Assembly (NCBI GenBank): GCA_963845755.1
Contig: CAWJTV010000038.1
Span: 1 to 64,000, forward strand
Length of the DNA stretch: 64,000 nucleotides
DNA from: an uncultured Planctomycetota bacterium
GTDB taxonomy: Bacteria > Planctomycetota > Planctomycetia > Isosphaerales > Isosphaeraceae
Reading direction: 5' to 3'
Within the stretch, counting starts at the first letter, position 1. Every line of letters begins with the position of its first letter. Positions 47,581 through 57,679 of the stretch are shown here, piece by piece. The position numbers and the translations under genes were made by a program. The notes under the pieces were generated by a model. That model was not told where the DNA came from. It ran no database searches and worked only from the letters and a program-made list of their open reading frames with translations.

Positions 47581-48278
47581 GGCTGCGCTCTCCTGATCCA
47601 GGGTGTGGCTCAAAACCGATCGGTTACGAGAGAGGTGATCGGCGTATGGGCCAAGCTTGGTGGATGTGGATCCTTGGGGTCGGTCCTCTGTTGCGCAGGC
47701 ATGCCGCCTACGGGGCCGCTCAGGCAGGAGGCACTCCGGCCCCGTTACCGATCTTGGCCCATGAGTCTGGTGATCTTCGGTAGCCCATCCCAGCGGCGAG
47801 ATGCACGATTTCCCTGGTGTAATGATTGGGCGGCCGAGATCGTTAAGATAAGCCCCCACGCTCCCAGGGTCAATGGCCCGCAAAACGGGGATACATTTGC
47901 CTTGGCCTGCTCCCCATTTTTTGGTCCAGTGATCATGGGCATCACCTGTTCGTTGATTCAGTAGACTAGTCGTGCCTTGCTCCTCAGCATCGTTGGTCGT
48001 GACATGCCCATTCTCACTGGAAACCGGGGCCTGGCATGGAGTCATCCCAGACCCCGGTTTGTTTGGGGCCATCGGCCCCTTTGAGAGGGACTGTCTGCCG
48101 GTGCTTGTGCAATTTCCCCGATCATCACCCCGTGCATAAAGGCCCGAGGGTGCCGTGTGAAGTCTCCGTGAAGACTCTGAGAAGCATCGGGATTCGAGTC
48201 GGGCCGGGCGAATAGACTGGCAGAAACGGTCCGAATCGGGTTCCCAGGAGGCGGGGCGGCACAAAAGGAGCCATTTCG

Positions 48279-49859
48279 ATGGGTTGGCCGGCGCGATTAG
48301 GCAAACGGGTCCGCGATGGCTTACTCGCCATCCTTGGGGTGGCGGCGCTGAGCCTTGGGACTTTCTTCGCCCTCCACGAGCCGCGGGAGCGACCCGTCCG
48401 GCTGCGGATGACCGCCGGTCAGGACGGGGGAACCCGTCATCGCATCGCACTGGCGCTGCAGCGGGAGGCGGCCCACCGTGCAATCGCGATCGAGTTGCAA
48501 GCGATGGTTGGCTCGGGGGAGGCCCTCCAGGCCGTGGAGTCAGGACGGGTCGATGCGGCTTTCGTGCAGGGTGGGCTCGACATGATCGACCATCCGGGCC
48601 TCCGTCAGGTCGCGGTACTCCACGTCGAACCGCTTCATCTGTTGGTCAAGGAGGAGATCCAGCGCGCGGTCACCGGCAACCTCGGCGGGCTGCGCGGGAA
48701 GGTGGTCAATTTGGGCGAGCGCGGCAGCGGAACCTACTCACTGGCCAAGGAGGTCCTGGCCTTCTCTGGCTTGCGGGCTGGGATCGATTATACCGAGAGC
48801 ACTCACACCTATGTCGATCTGGAGCGGGAGCCAGAAGGATCCCGGTTGCCCGACGCGGTCTTCACCGTCTCGACCCTTCCCTCGCCAATTGCGCGCCACC
48901 TGGTCACGAGGCACCACTACCGGCTCACGTCGCTGCCCTTCTACGAGGCGTTCGCACTCGGGACCCTCGACGAAGACCACGCCCTACACAATCCCCGGGG
49001 TCAGTCGTTCTCCCGGATCGATCGTCGGCGCGTCTACGACGCCACGATCCCAGCGTTCGCGTACGAAATCGAGCCCGGCGTCCCGCCAGAGGCGATCCAC
49101 ACGCTCGGTACCCGATTGCTGCTGGTCGCCCGCAAAGATATCGCGGCAACCACGATCCGACGCCTCCTGGAAGTGGTCTTCAATTCCCCGTTCTCACAGG
49201 TCCTCCAGCCAGCGCTCGATGCGAGGCTGTTCGAGTCGCCGCCGGAACTGCCCTGGCACGACGGCGCGATCGAATACGTCCGTCGCAACTCTCCCCTCAT
49301 CGCGGGCGACGTCATTGACCTGATCGAGAAGGAGGTGAGCATCCTCGGGGTCCTAGCTGGCGGCCTATACTGCCTGATCCAGTGGCTGCGCCGGCGGTTT
49401 CGCCGACGACGCGCGCGAAGCTTCGAGGCGTATATTCTTCAGGTCGCCCGGGTTGAGCGCCTGGCGTTGGCGTTGTCGCGGGCGCCGACTCTAGACCTCG
49501 CGCAGTTGCTGCAACTCCAGGAGGACCTGGCCCAAATCAAGGGGGAAGCGCTCGAGCGCTTCGCCGACGGGGAACTCGATGGCGAGGAACTCATGTCGGG
49601 ATTCCTGGTTCACGCCAGCGACGCCAGAGACTTCCTGATCCGACTGATCTTGCACGAGCGCGACAATCTGGAGGACCACGCCCGGGCTCAGCACCGACCT
49701 GCAGAGGTACTCTGGAAGGAGGCGGTTGGCGAACCCATCCACGGGGCAGTGGATCATCGCGGAGTCGTCAACAGCCAAGACCTGGTTCCCGTGTCAAACT
49801 CAGCCGGCTCCTCGCTCGAGGTACCCTACTGGAGGCATGGGTCGGCGGGGGCAGATTGA
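48279..49859 (+). CDS. TAXI-family (NMT1-like) solute-binding domain protein with extra TM and C-terminal helical domain
   Basis: GRVDAAFVQGG, EPLHLLV, LRGKVVNLGERGSGT, PWHDGAIEY; second TM follows. Confidence 0.8.
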   Translation: MGWPARLGKRVRDGLLAILGVAALSLGTFFALHEPRERPVRLRMTAGQDGGTRHRIALALQREAAHRAIAIELQAMVGSGEALQAVESGRVDAAFVQGGLDMIDHPGLRQVAVLHVEPLHLLVKEEIQRAVTGNLGGLRGKVVNLGERGSGTYSLAKEVLAFSGLRAGIDYTESTHTYVDLEREPEGSRLPDAVFTVSTLPSPIARHLVTRHHYRLTSLPFYEAFALGTLDEDHALHNPRGQSFSRIDRRRVYDATIPAFAYEIEPGVPPEAIHTLGTRLLLVARKDIAATTIRRLLEVVFNSPFSQVLQPALDARLFESPPELPWHDGAIEYVRRNSPLIAGDVIDLIEKEVSILGVLAGGLYCLIQWLRRRFRRRRARSFEAYILQVARVERLALALSRAPTLDLAQLLQLQEDLAQIKGEALERFADGELDGEELMSGFLVHASDARDFLIRLILHERDNLEDHARAQHRPAEVLWKEAVGEPIHGAVDHRGVVNSQDLVPVSNSAGSSLEVPYWRHGSAGAD

Positions 49860-50037
49860 AAGGGACTCAGCCGGTTACCTGTCACGGCTCTGACAGGACA
49901 GGCTCATGAACTCCGGCACAAGACGAACCGCGGCAGCCGCCTACCCGACCGTTACTTACCTCTACCCGGCGACCGGGAATCGACGATTGCATGCACTTGC
50001 CAACCGGCAGGCTGTGGGACAAACCACCGAATCCGCC

Positions 50038-50133
50038 CTGCATCAAGCCGTGGGGCAAATACCCTGGGGTCACAACCTCGTCCTGGTCGAGCCGCTCAAG
50101 GCTCTCCGTGAGCGGCGCGCCGAGTTGGCTTAA
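50038..50133 (+). pseudogene. DUF1016/YhcG N-terminal remnant
   Basis: LHQAVGQIPWGHNLVLV signature only. Confidence 0.6.
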
Positions 50134-50188
50134 CCGCGGCGATGGCAAGCGAGGGAGCGCCAGGATCATGAAGCGTTTTGAGCACACC

Positions 50189-50272
50189 CGGCCGACCGCA
50201 GGTCTCCAGTTCCCACACCCGTCAGGAGACCTTCGGTCCGGCTTACGGCGGGGTCAGGAGACCCGCGCCGAA
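50189..50272. repeat. REP-like inverted repeat (GACCGCAGGTCTCC ... GGAGACCTTCGGTC)
   Basis: Imperfect inverted pair 50189-50207 / 50225-50242 followed by ggcggggtcaggagacccgcgcc. Confidence 0.65.
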
Positions 50273-50407
50273 CGGAATTCCAGAAGTTATTCCCATCCCG
50301 TTCCCAGGCACATCAGGACGATCTGCTCGGATTCCGGAAAAAGTTGTATCGGAACACCGGGGTCCGTGCATCAAATAGGAGATTCTCAACGCGCGGGGGG
50401 ATCTGAT

Positions 50408-52360
50408 ATGAGGTTACACCGGTTCGTCGGTCCGGACCTGGGTCGGATCTTCCGGGGAGAGACGGTCTCCGGACTTTCGGAGTGGCAACTGCTGGAGCGT
50501 TACCTGGAGCGGCGTGACGAGGCGGCGTTCGAGGCCCTGGTCAGCCGTCACGGGCCGATGGTCCTGGGGGTCTGCCGGCGGATGCTCAGAGACACGGCGG
50601 ACGTCGAGGATGCATTCCAGGCGACGTTCCTGGTCCTGGTGCGTCGTGCGCGGCAACTCGGGCCTCGGGATGCGATCGGCCCGTGGCTGTACGGCGTCGC
50701 CGCCCGGGTGGCCTTGCGGGCACGGTCGCAGTTGGCTCGTCAACGCCGTCATGAGCCGGTCGCCCTGGAATATCCGGCCGCCGCGCCGGTCGGCGGGTGG
50801 ATCGATCCCGACCTGGGCGACGTGCTCGACCAGGAATTGAGCCGGCTCCCGTCCAAGTATCGATCGCCGCTGGTCCTCTGCTACCTGGAGGGCCGGACGC
50901 ACGAAGAGGCCGCGCGGGAGCTGAACTGGCCGGTCGGCACGGTCAAGGGCCGGTTGGCCCGGGCGCGGGACCTCCTGCGGTCGCGGCTGACTCGCCGCGG
51001 CCTGGCGCCGACCGCAGGCGTCCTGGCCACGCTCGCGACGTCTGATGCGACGGCCGTGCTCGAACGTCCCGTGATCGAACGAACCGTCAGCGCGTCACTG
51101 AAATTCGCTTCGGGGCAGTCCCTTGCCCAGGTCGTATCGACCTCGATCACCTCACTCGTCGAAGGAGCCTTGGCCGCCATGATCCTCAATCAACTGAAGT
51201 GGGCCGGTCTTTCGATCCTCGTTGCCGGACTCGCATTGACCTCGGCCGGGGTGATGGCCCGGCAGGAGGCCAAGTCGAAAGCCGATCCGCCGTCGACCGC
51301 GGTGAAGGCTGAATTCAAGGCGGCTTTGTCGGACTTCGAGAAAGCCGCACGGAAATCCGACGAGAATCCGCCTGCGGCAAAGAATGCGCCCACGTTCGAT
51401 CCCCGCGAGGAACTGGTCCAGGCTGCGCGGTCGGCGTATCGAGCCACCTGGGAAGCCTACCGCGCCGGGCACGCCTCCGCCGAGCAGGTCGATCATGCCT
51501 CGCAGAAGTGGATGGAAGCCCAGGACAAGGTGCCGAGCAACTCCGAAGCCCAGGTCGCCGCCGCCGATGCCCACCTCGAGCGGATGCGCGAGCTCCTGCG
51601 AGTCCAGGCCGACCGGCCCGGATCTCCATCCAAACCCGCCGAACTGGCTCGGATCAAAGGCTATGTCGCCGAGGCGCGCTTCCTCGTGGCCCAGGCCAAG
51701 ACCCGGCCGACTTTGGCGGACGTCCCGAGCGCAGGCGGATCGGGCGAAGGCGAGGGCTGGGGCAAGGACGCGAAGTCGCGGCAGGTCCTCGCCAAGCTCG
51801 AGGAACCGATCTCGATGTCGTTCGCCGCGGAGACGCCGCTCGACGACGTACTGAAGTACATCAAGCAGGCGACGACCACGCCAACTTACGCCGGAATCCC
51901 GATCTACGTCGATCCCATCGGCATGCAAGAAGCGGAACGATCGCTCAACTCGACCGTCCAGTTGGACCTGGAAGGGATTCCCCTGCGACGGACCCTGCAA
52001 TTGCTCCTCACCCAACTGGGGCTGGTGTACTTCGTGGACGACGGGATGCTCGTAATCACCTCGGCGGATTCGGAACAAAGGGGGTTACCGCCTTCGATGC
52101 TGAAGCAATCTCCCATCCTGGCAAGGGCCGCGAAAGCCGAGCGTGGCGAGCTCACAAAGGCCGAGATGGAGGAATTGATCGAGGATTTCAAACTGCGCGA
52201 GACCGTATTGAGCTACGCCGCGGGGAAAGGGATATCCACGCATGAAGAGGGAGCAAAACGGGATCGCGAACCGATGAACCAGGTTGTCAAGGAGTTACGC
52301 GAGCTGGTCGAGCAGTTGAAGGCCGAGCGGCAGGCGAAGAAGGAGTCGGGGGCGAAATGA
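50408..52360 (+). CDS. ECF sigma-70 factor with TM and long C-terminal extension (STN-like)
   Basis: [82 protein letters not shown]. Confidence 0.93.
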   Translation: MRLHRFVGPDLGRIFRGETVSGLSEWQLLERYLERRDEAAFEALVSRHGPMVLGVCRRMLRDTADVEDAFQATFLVLVRRARQLGPRDAIGPWLYGVAARVALRARSQLARQRRHEPVALEYPAAAPVGGWIDPDLGDVLDQELSRLPSKYRSPLVLCYLEGRTHEEAARELNWPVGTVKGRLARARDLLRSRLTRRGLAPTAGVLATLATSDATAVLERPVIERTVSASLKFASGQSLAQVVSTSITSLVEGALAAMILNQLKWAGLSILVAGLALTSAGVMARQEAKSKADPPSTAVKAEFKAALSDFEKAARKSDENPPAAKNAPTFDPREELVQAARSAYRATWEAYRAGHASAEQVDHASQKWMEAQDKVPSNSEAQVAAADAHLERMRELLRVQADRPGSPSKPAELARIKGYVAEARFLVAQAKTRPTLADVPSAGGSGEGEGWGKDAKSRQVLAKLEEPISMSFAAETPLDDVLKYIKQATTTPTYAGIPIYVDPIGMQEAERSLNSTVQLDLEGIPLRRTLQLLLTQLGLVYFVDDGMLVITSADSEQRGLPPSMLKQSPILARAAKAERGELTKAEMEELIEDFKLRETVLSYAAGKGISTHEEGAKRDREPMNQVVKELRELVEQLKAERQAKKESGAK

Positions 52361-52670
52361 GCCGCTCCGTTTCGCGCCGGCTGATCCGCCCCAGGGTGGG
52401 ACACGCCGGCGCGGCGAGTTGTCCGGTCTGACGACGTTGGTGCAGAATCGATCAGACCACCGACGCCGTTTCCGAGCCAAAAACGGACACTCCTCGCTGA
52501 ACGTGACCCATCCCCGCGCGGCCAAGCGGCCCGTGCCTCGGGAGCGCCAGGCGTCACGCGGCATGGCAAGCGCTCGAGGTCACGTGCCGGGGTTGCGAGT
52601 GTTGGATTGGCTCAGGCGGCCGGTCGTCCCTGTTGAACCGTAATTCTTGGGCCGTAACCGATGTCAGCCC

Positions 52671-55600
52671 TCACTTCTCCGGCTGTAATTCCCGCCCGGC
52701 CAGGAGTGCCTCGGCCTCCTTCAGGAGCCTTTGTGCTTCTTCATCTCTGGCCGAATTCGGCTTCTGCATCGTCTCGCGTAATCGATTCAGGCTCGCCTGA
52801 GCTCGGTCCTTCTCACCCATCTGGTACCGGGCCATCGCCAGAAAGGCCAGGTCCGCCGGAGCGTGACCCCCTTGATCCGCCTGGTTGAGTTCGTCCGCGC
52901 GCGTCAGCGTGGCCAGGGCCTCCTGGTACTTCCCCAGGCGGTACTGGGCCATCCCCAGAGTGGTATGGTAGGAACCCTCAAACGGAATGAGGCGGCAGGC
53001 GATTTCCGCCTGATGAACCGCCCGGCGGTACGCGGCGGCTCCAGCGCCCGGACGGGAGGCGACCGCCCGACTGGCCCGGTCAAGGTAGCGCGGGGATTCC
53101 CCGAATCGCTCCGCCAGGGCCAGGGCCTCTTGCCGTACAGGTTCGCTAAGGACAGGATCGGCGCGGAGGTGTGCGAGGATCTCAGACCGGAACAGAGGCT
53201 TGTAGATGAGAGACTTCACCGCTTTCTCGGCCTCCTGACGGACGCGGTTTCGCCAAAACGGCTCGACCAGGGTGAGAGCTTGCTGCCGCACGGCGTCGCT
53301 GACGGCGTAGTCTCTGAGCCGGGCCGACACCGCCTCCGGGGCCGGCGATTGGGCGAACAGGAACCTGACCAGGCTTGCCGCCTGCCGCTGTTCGGCAAGT
53401 TCCGTGTCGAGGGGGGACCCTTCCCAGATCGTCACGCCCTCGTCTCCACTGACCGCGAGGCGCCGGCCACCGCGATCGAACGCCACACGGTGCAACTGGG
53501 CCGGCACCCGCGCAGGGTAAGGATTTCCTGTCCGTTGAGGGCGTCCCAGAGCTTCACTTCACCGGAGAAATGCCCTCCCTTGCTCACCCCGCCCGCGGCG
53601 GTGACAAGCCGCCGGTCGTCAGGACTGTACGCCACCCCAAGCACGGCGCTCGTATGTCCGCGGAGAGTAAGGAACGTCTCTCCGGTGACCGCGTCCCAGA
53701 CCTTGACCGACCCGTCTACACTCGCGGCGGCGAGCCGCGAGCCGTCGGGACTGTACGCGATGCGTGTGACAGATCCCTCGAGGCCGGACAGCGTGAGGAT
53801 CTCCTGTCCCGTGGCCGCGTTCCAGACACGCACGGTCCGGCCCGCACTCGTGGCCAGGCGCTCACCGCCGGGGCGATAGGTCACGTGGGCGAACCCGGGG
53901 TCTCTGCCAGGCTCGGTTCGCCCGGGCCGTGTCAAGACCGTCTGCCCCGTCCTCATGTCCCAAATCATGACCTCGCCGGGAACGAGCCGTCCTCCCCCCG
54001 CCAACTCGCGGCTAATGGAAGCGAGACGCTGACCGTCGGGACTAAAGGCCACAGCGTGAATGGAAGCGGTGTGTCCTCGTAAACAGAAGATTTCGACGCC
54101 GTTCGTCGCATCCCAGACACGTACAGTCCGATCCTCTCCGGCGGAAGCGAGCCGCCGGCCGTCGGGACTGTACGCCACTCCCAGAACGGCACGGCAATGC
54201 CCGGTCAGTGTGAAGACCTCCAGCCCCGTGGTTGTATCCAGGATACAAACCGTGTTATCCGTGCCGACCACGGCCAACTTCCGGCCGTCCGGGTCAAACG
54301 TCATATCCTCTATGCGGCCGACGGCCGCGCTCAAAGTGACGGCGTCCATCGCCGCCGTCGCATCCCAGAGCTTCACCGTGCCGTCCCCACTCCCAGAGGC
54401 CAGGCGCCAACCGTCGGGGCTAAACGCCACACTCGCGACGCCGTCCTTGTGGCCGCGCAGGACGGCGGCTTCTTGCCCGGTGGTCACGTCCCAGACCGTC
54501 ACGGAATCGTTCGCAGCCGCAGCCGCGAGTCGCCGCCCGTCCGGGCTAAACGCCAGGCCCACAACTCCACCCACCTGTTGAAAGGCCAGGGTTTCTCTCC
54601 CCGTGTCCGCGTCCCAGACCTTCACCACCCCATCGTTGCTGCTCGAGGCGAGGCGCCGGCCGTCGGGGCTGTACACCACGCTGTTGACCAAGTACGGGTG
54701 CTTGCCCAGGCGGAAAAGGTCTTTTCCCGTGGCGGCATCGCAGACACGAATCGTAGGACCGTCCGCAAAGGCGAGTCGCCGCCGCGGCTCCGCCGCGGCG
54801 GGGCTGAAGGCCACGGCGATGGAGGCAGTCGGCACGGCCGCAGCCTCGTTCCCCGGAATGCACAGCAGTTGCTTCCCACCGGCCGCGTCCCAGACTTTCA
54901 CTTCGCAGGGTAAGACCGAACCCGTGGGAGCAACTCCCCTGCCGAAGGAGGCGAGCTGCCGGCCGTCCGGGCTGAACGCCAGGCCCCAGACCGGAGTGGC
55001 GTGCGCGGGCAGGCCAAGAAGCTCGCGTCCGTTGGCCGTGTCCCATAGCTTGATCTCGCCCGGAGTGAACACTCCCCCATTCGCGGAGGCCAGCCGCCGG
55101 CCGTCCGGACTGAAGGCCAAGCAAGATACGAAGTCCTTGTGCCCGCGCAGGCAAAAGCGCTCCCTTCCCGAGGCCACGTCCCAGACCTTGACCTCCCCTG
55201 GTTGGCCATAATTGCCGGCGGCGGACGCGAGCAGTCTACCGTCCGGACTGAAGGCCACGCAGCGGACGGGAGCCGTGTTGCCGAGCAAGGTGCGCATGTC
55301 GAGCCGGCACAGGCGCTGCAAGTGGTACCACTCGAAGCTTCGCAGGTCCGGCGCACCGGGTTCGTGCGGTTTGAGGACGTCGAGCCGCCGCTCGAGCGAA
55401 GCGAGTTCGCCCTCCTGCCAGTCCTTCTGGGCCAGGGTACTTTCCGCGGCGTACCAGCGTCGGTCGCTACGCGCTTTTTCGGTCTCCAACCTCTGGGCGT
55501 AGGCGAGCGTGTCTTGCTCCCGGTTGCTGGCCTGGATCGCGTAATGCGACGTGCCGGCCATGCCCAGCAGCAGCGAGGCCGCCACCGCGCCGAGTAGGAG

Positions 55601-56842
55601 TGCCACGGCCGGGTTGCGCCGGCACCAGCGCCACGCTCGCTCGGGGCCGGAGATGGGCCGGGCCACGATCGGCTCGCCGGCGCGGAACCGGCGGAGGTCC
55701 TCGGCCATCGCCGCGACATCGGGGTATCGCCGAGCCGCGTCCTTTTGCAGCGCCTTCAGGCAGATCGTCTCCAGGTCGCGGGGCATGCGGGGAATGAGCT
55801 GTGACGGAGCGACCGGCTCGGCGGTCCGGATCAGGTCGAGGGTGTCCAGGATGGACGACCCGCGGAACGGTGGCCGGCCGGTGAGCATCTCGTAGAGGGT
55901 GGTGCCCAGCGCGTACTGGTCGGCGGCGGGGCCAGCCTTCTCGGCGCCGGTGGTCTGCTCAGGCGCCATGTAGCTCGGCGAGCCGAGGATCGACCCGGTA
56001 CCGGTCTGGCCCGAGTCGGCCTCGAGCCGCTTGACCAGGCCGAAGTCGGCGATCTTTGGCGTCGTGTCGGCAGCGAGGAGGACGTTCGCCGGCTTGATGT
56101 CGCGGTGGACGATCCCACGGCGGTGGGCCACGTCCATGGCCCGGGCCAACGTCTCGATGATCCGCGCCGCGTCCTCGATCGGCTGCGGTTTGCCGGCGAT
56201 CCGCTGCGCCAGGCTGCCTCCCTCGAGAAACTCCAGCGAGAAATAAGGCAGGCCGTCGTGCTCGCCGATCTCGAAGATCTTGATGATGTTGGGGTGGTCA
56301 ATCGCGGCGACGGCGCGGGCCTCGGCCTCGAAGCGAGCCAGGTCGTCCGGTTGTGCACCGGCGCCGGCCTTGATCATCTTCAGCGCGACCAGGCGCTGGA
56401 GCCGGAGGTGCCGCGCCTTGTACACGATCCCCATGCCGCCGGCGCCCAGCACTCCCAGGATCTCGTAGCCGGTGATCCGGGGCCGTTTGTCGCCCTCGCG
56501 GCCGACGGTCGATCGGGACGCCTCCTCCGTATTCGCCGCCGCGACACCAGGCGAGTGCACGAAGCCCTCGGTGGCATCGGGGTCGTAGTCGGCCGTCGCA
56601 TCGCGGTCCGGTGCGGTCGGGGCGTCGGGATCCCGGTCGGCGGTGGCATCACGGTCGAAGTCCGTGATCGCGCCGCGGTCGAGGTCCGTGATCGCGCCGC
56701 GGTCGAAGTCGGTGGCATTCGGATTCGAGACCTCGGCATCGGGCTTGTAGTCAGCCGTCGCGTCGCGGTCGAGGTTGGTGACCGCGTCGCGGTCGAGATC
56801 CGCGGCATTCGGATTCGAGGCCTCGTCTGGGAGACGTGCCAT
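52671..56842 (-). CDS. Hanks-type Ser/Thr kinase - TM - WD40 repeats - TPR, frameshifted near 53505
   Basis: GAGGMGIVY, VALKMI, HRDIKPANVLL, DFG, YMAPE; TM AVALLLGAVAASLLLGMAG; many GH...FSPDG...WD repeats; TTLGMAQYRLG. Confidence 0.95.
56570..56825 (-). repeat. Coding tandem repeats (24-nt / 8-aa units) at the kinase N-terminus
   Basis: DLDRDAVT NLDRDATA...DFDRGAIT DLDRGAIT DFDRDATA; gcattcggattcgag duplicated 90 nt apart. Confidence 0.85.
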
Positions 56843-56976
56843 GAGTGACCCACCCTACGACGGTTGACCTGGCACGCTGCCGCTGACCGGACCAGCCCCG
56901 AGCACGAACGAGGGATCAAAGAGACCTGCTCGCTCGCGCTCGGCTGGTTGATACGTAATCCGCTTAGGACAACAGG

Positions 56977-57222
56977 TTATAGGCCCCCGACTTTGCAACC
57001 ACAAAACCCCGTGCCCGGATCAAGGTCACATATCTGACCAGTAGCACAGCATGTGGCCGTGCCGTTGCTGCAAATGCAAGCATTGGGATAACTGGGATTC
57101 ATACAACTGATGACGGTGTGAGCGGGTTCGATGCCAGGTTCGGTGCTGCCGCGGGCGGGTCGGTGCGTTGGCCAGGAACAGCTCCCACGGACGACCGCGG
57201 GTGCTTGCACGGGAGGTTTCAT
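56977..57222 (-). CDS. Cys-rich RiPP-like precursor 1 (81 aa; leader ending GIEPA, 8-Cys core)
   Basis: AAAGGAGA RBS; leader shared with the 57351-57629 gene; downstream of the PatA-like protease. Confidence 0.85.
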   Translation of the reverse strand: MKPPVQAPAVVRGSCSWPTHRPARGSTEPGIEPAHTVISCMNPSYPNACICSNGTATCCATGQICDLDPGTGFCGCKVGGL

Positions 57223-57285
57223 GTCCGGTCTCCTTTCAAGTGGACCCGAGGGAAAAAAGGTGCGCGGGGATGGCTTAATTTAGAA

Positions 57286-57344
57286 GCTGTTTCTAAACGG
57301 GGACTGGCTCCGAGTCTTCGAGGTGCCTGTCCCCCTTTTGAAAC
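57286..57344. repeat. Palindromic REP/MITE-like element, copy 2
   Basis: Core aaacggggactggctccgagtcttcgaggtgcctgtccccctt identical to that in 4596-4656. Confidence 0.9.
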
Positions 57345-57350
57345 CGCCTT

Positions 57351-57629
57351 TTAGGGCTTGGGCTTGCAGGCACACCCGCCGGTGAGAATGGCATTACCAT
57401 CCTTAGCCGGTTCGCACCCATACTGGCAGCAATTGCAGGTACCATTAGGGCACCTGCACACCTGATAATTACTGTCAAAGTTGCACTTCCACTTATCACG
57501 TGAGGCGTTACCTACACAGACGTCGAAGTCGCTTCGGAAGGACGCAGAGACGCCATGGGCCGAAGAACGGCGGGCCGGCCAGGAGTGGCCCTCACGGAGG
57601 ATGGCTGCGGCTTGCACGGGAAGCTTCAT
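57351..57629 (-). CDS. Cys-rich RiPP-like precursor 2 (92 aa; leader ending GVSAS, 10-Cys core)
   Basis: AAGGAGA RBS before ATG 57629; MKLPVQAAAILREGHSWP leader. Confidence 0.85.
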   Translation of the reverse strand: MKLPVQAAAILREGHSWPARRSSAHGVSASFRSDFDVCVGNASRDKWKCNFDSNYQVCRCPNGTCNCCQYGCEPAKDGNAILTGGCACKPKP

Positions 57630-57679
57630 GTTCAGTCTCCTTGTGGGTTGCCCGGCGCAGTGCGCTGCCGGGGACACAT

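Noticed and set aside
47600..48270. Riboswitch, ncRNA or tRNA in long intergenic regions (also 7120-7770, 11560-11880, 52370-52660)
   Set aside because: No motif recognisable by eye; an Infernal/Rfam scan is needed to exclude.
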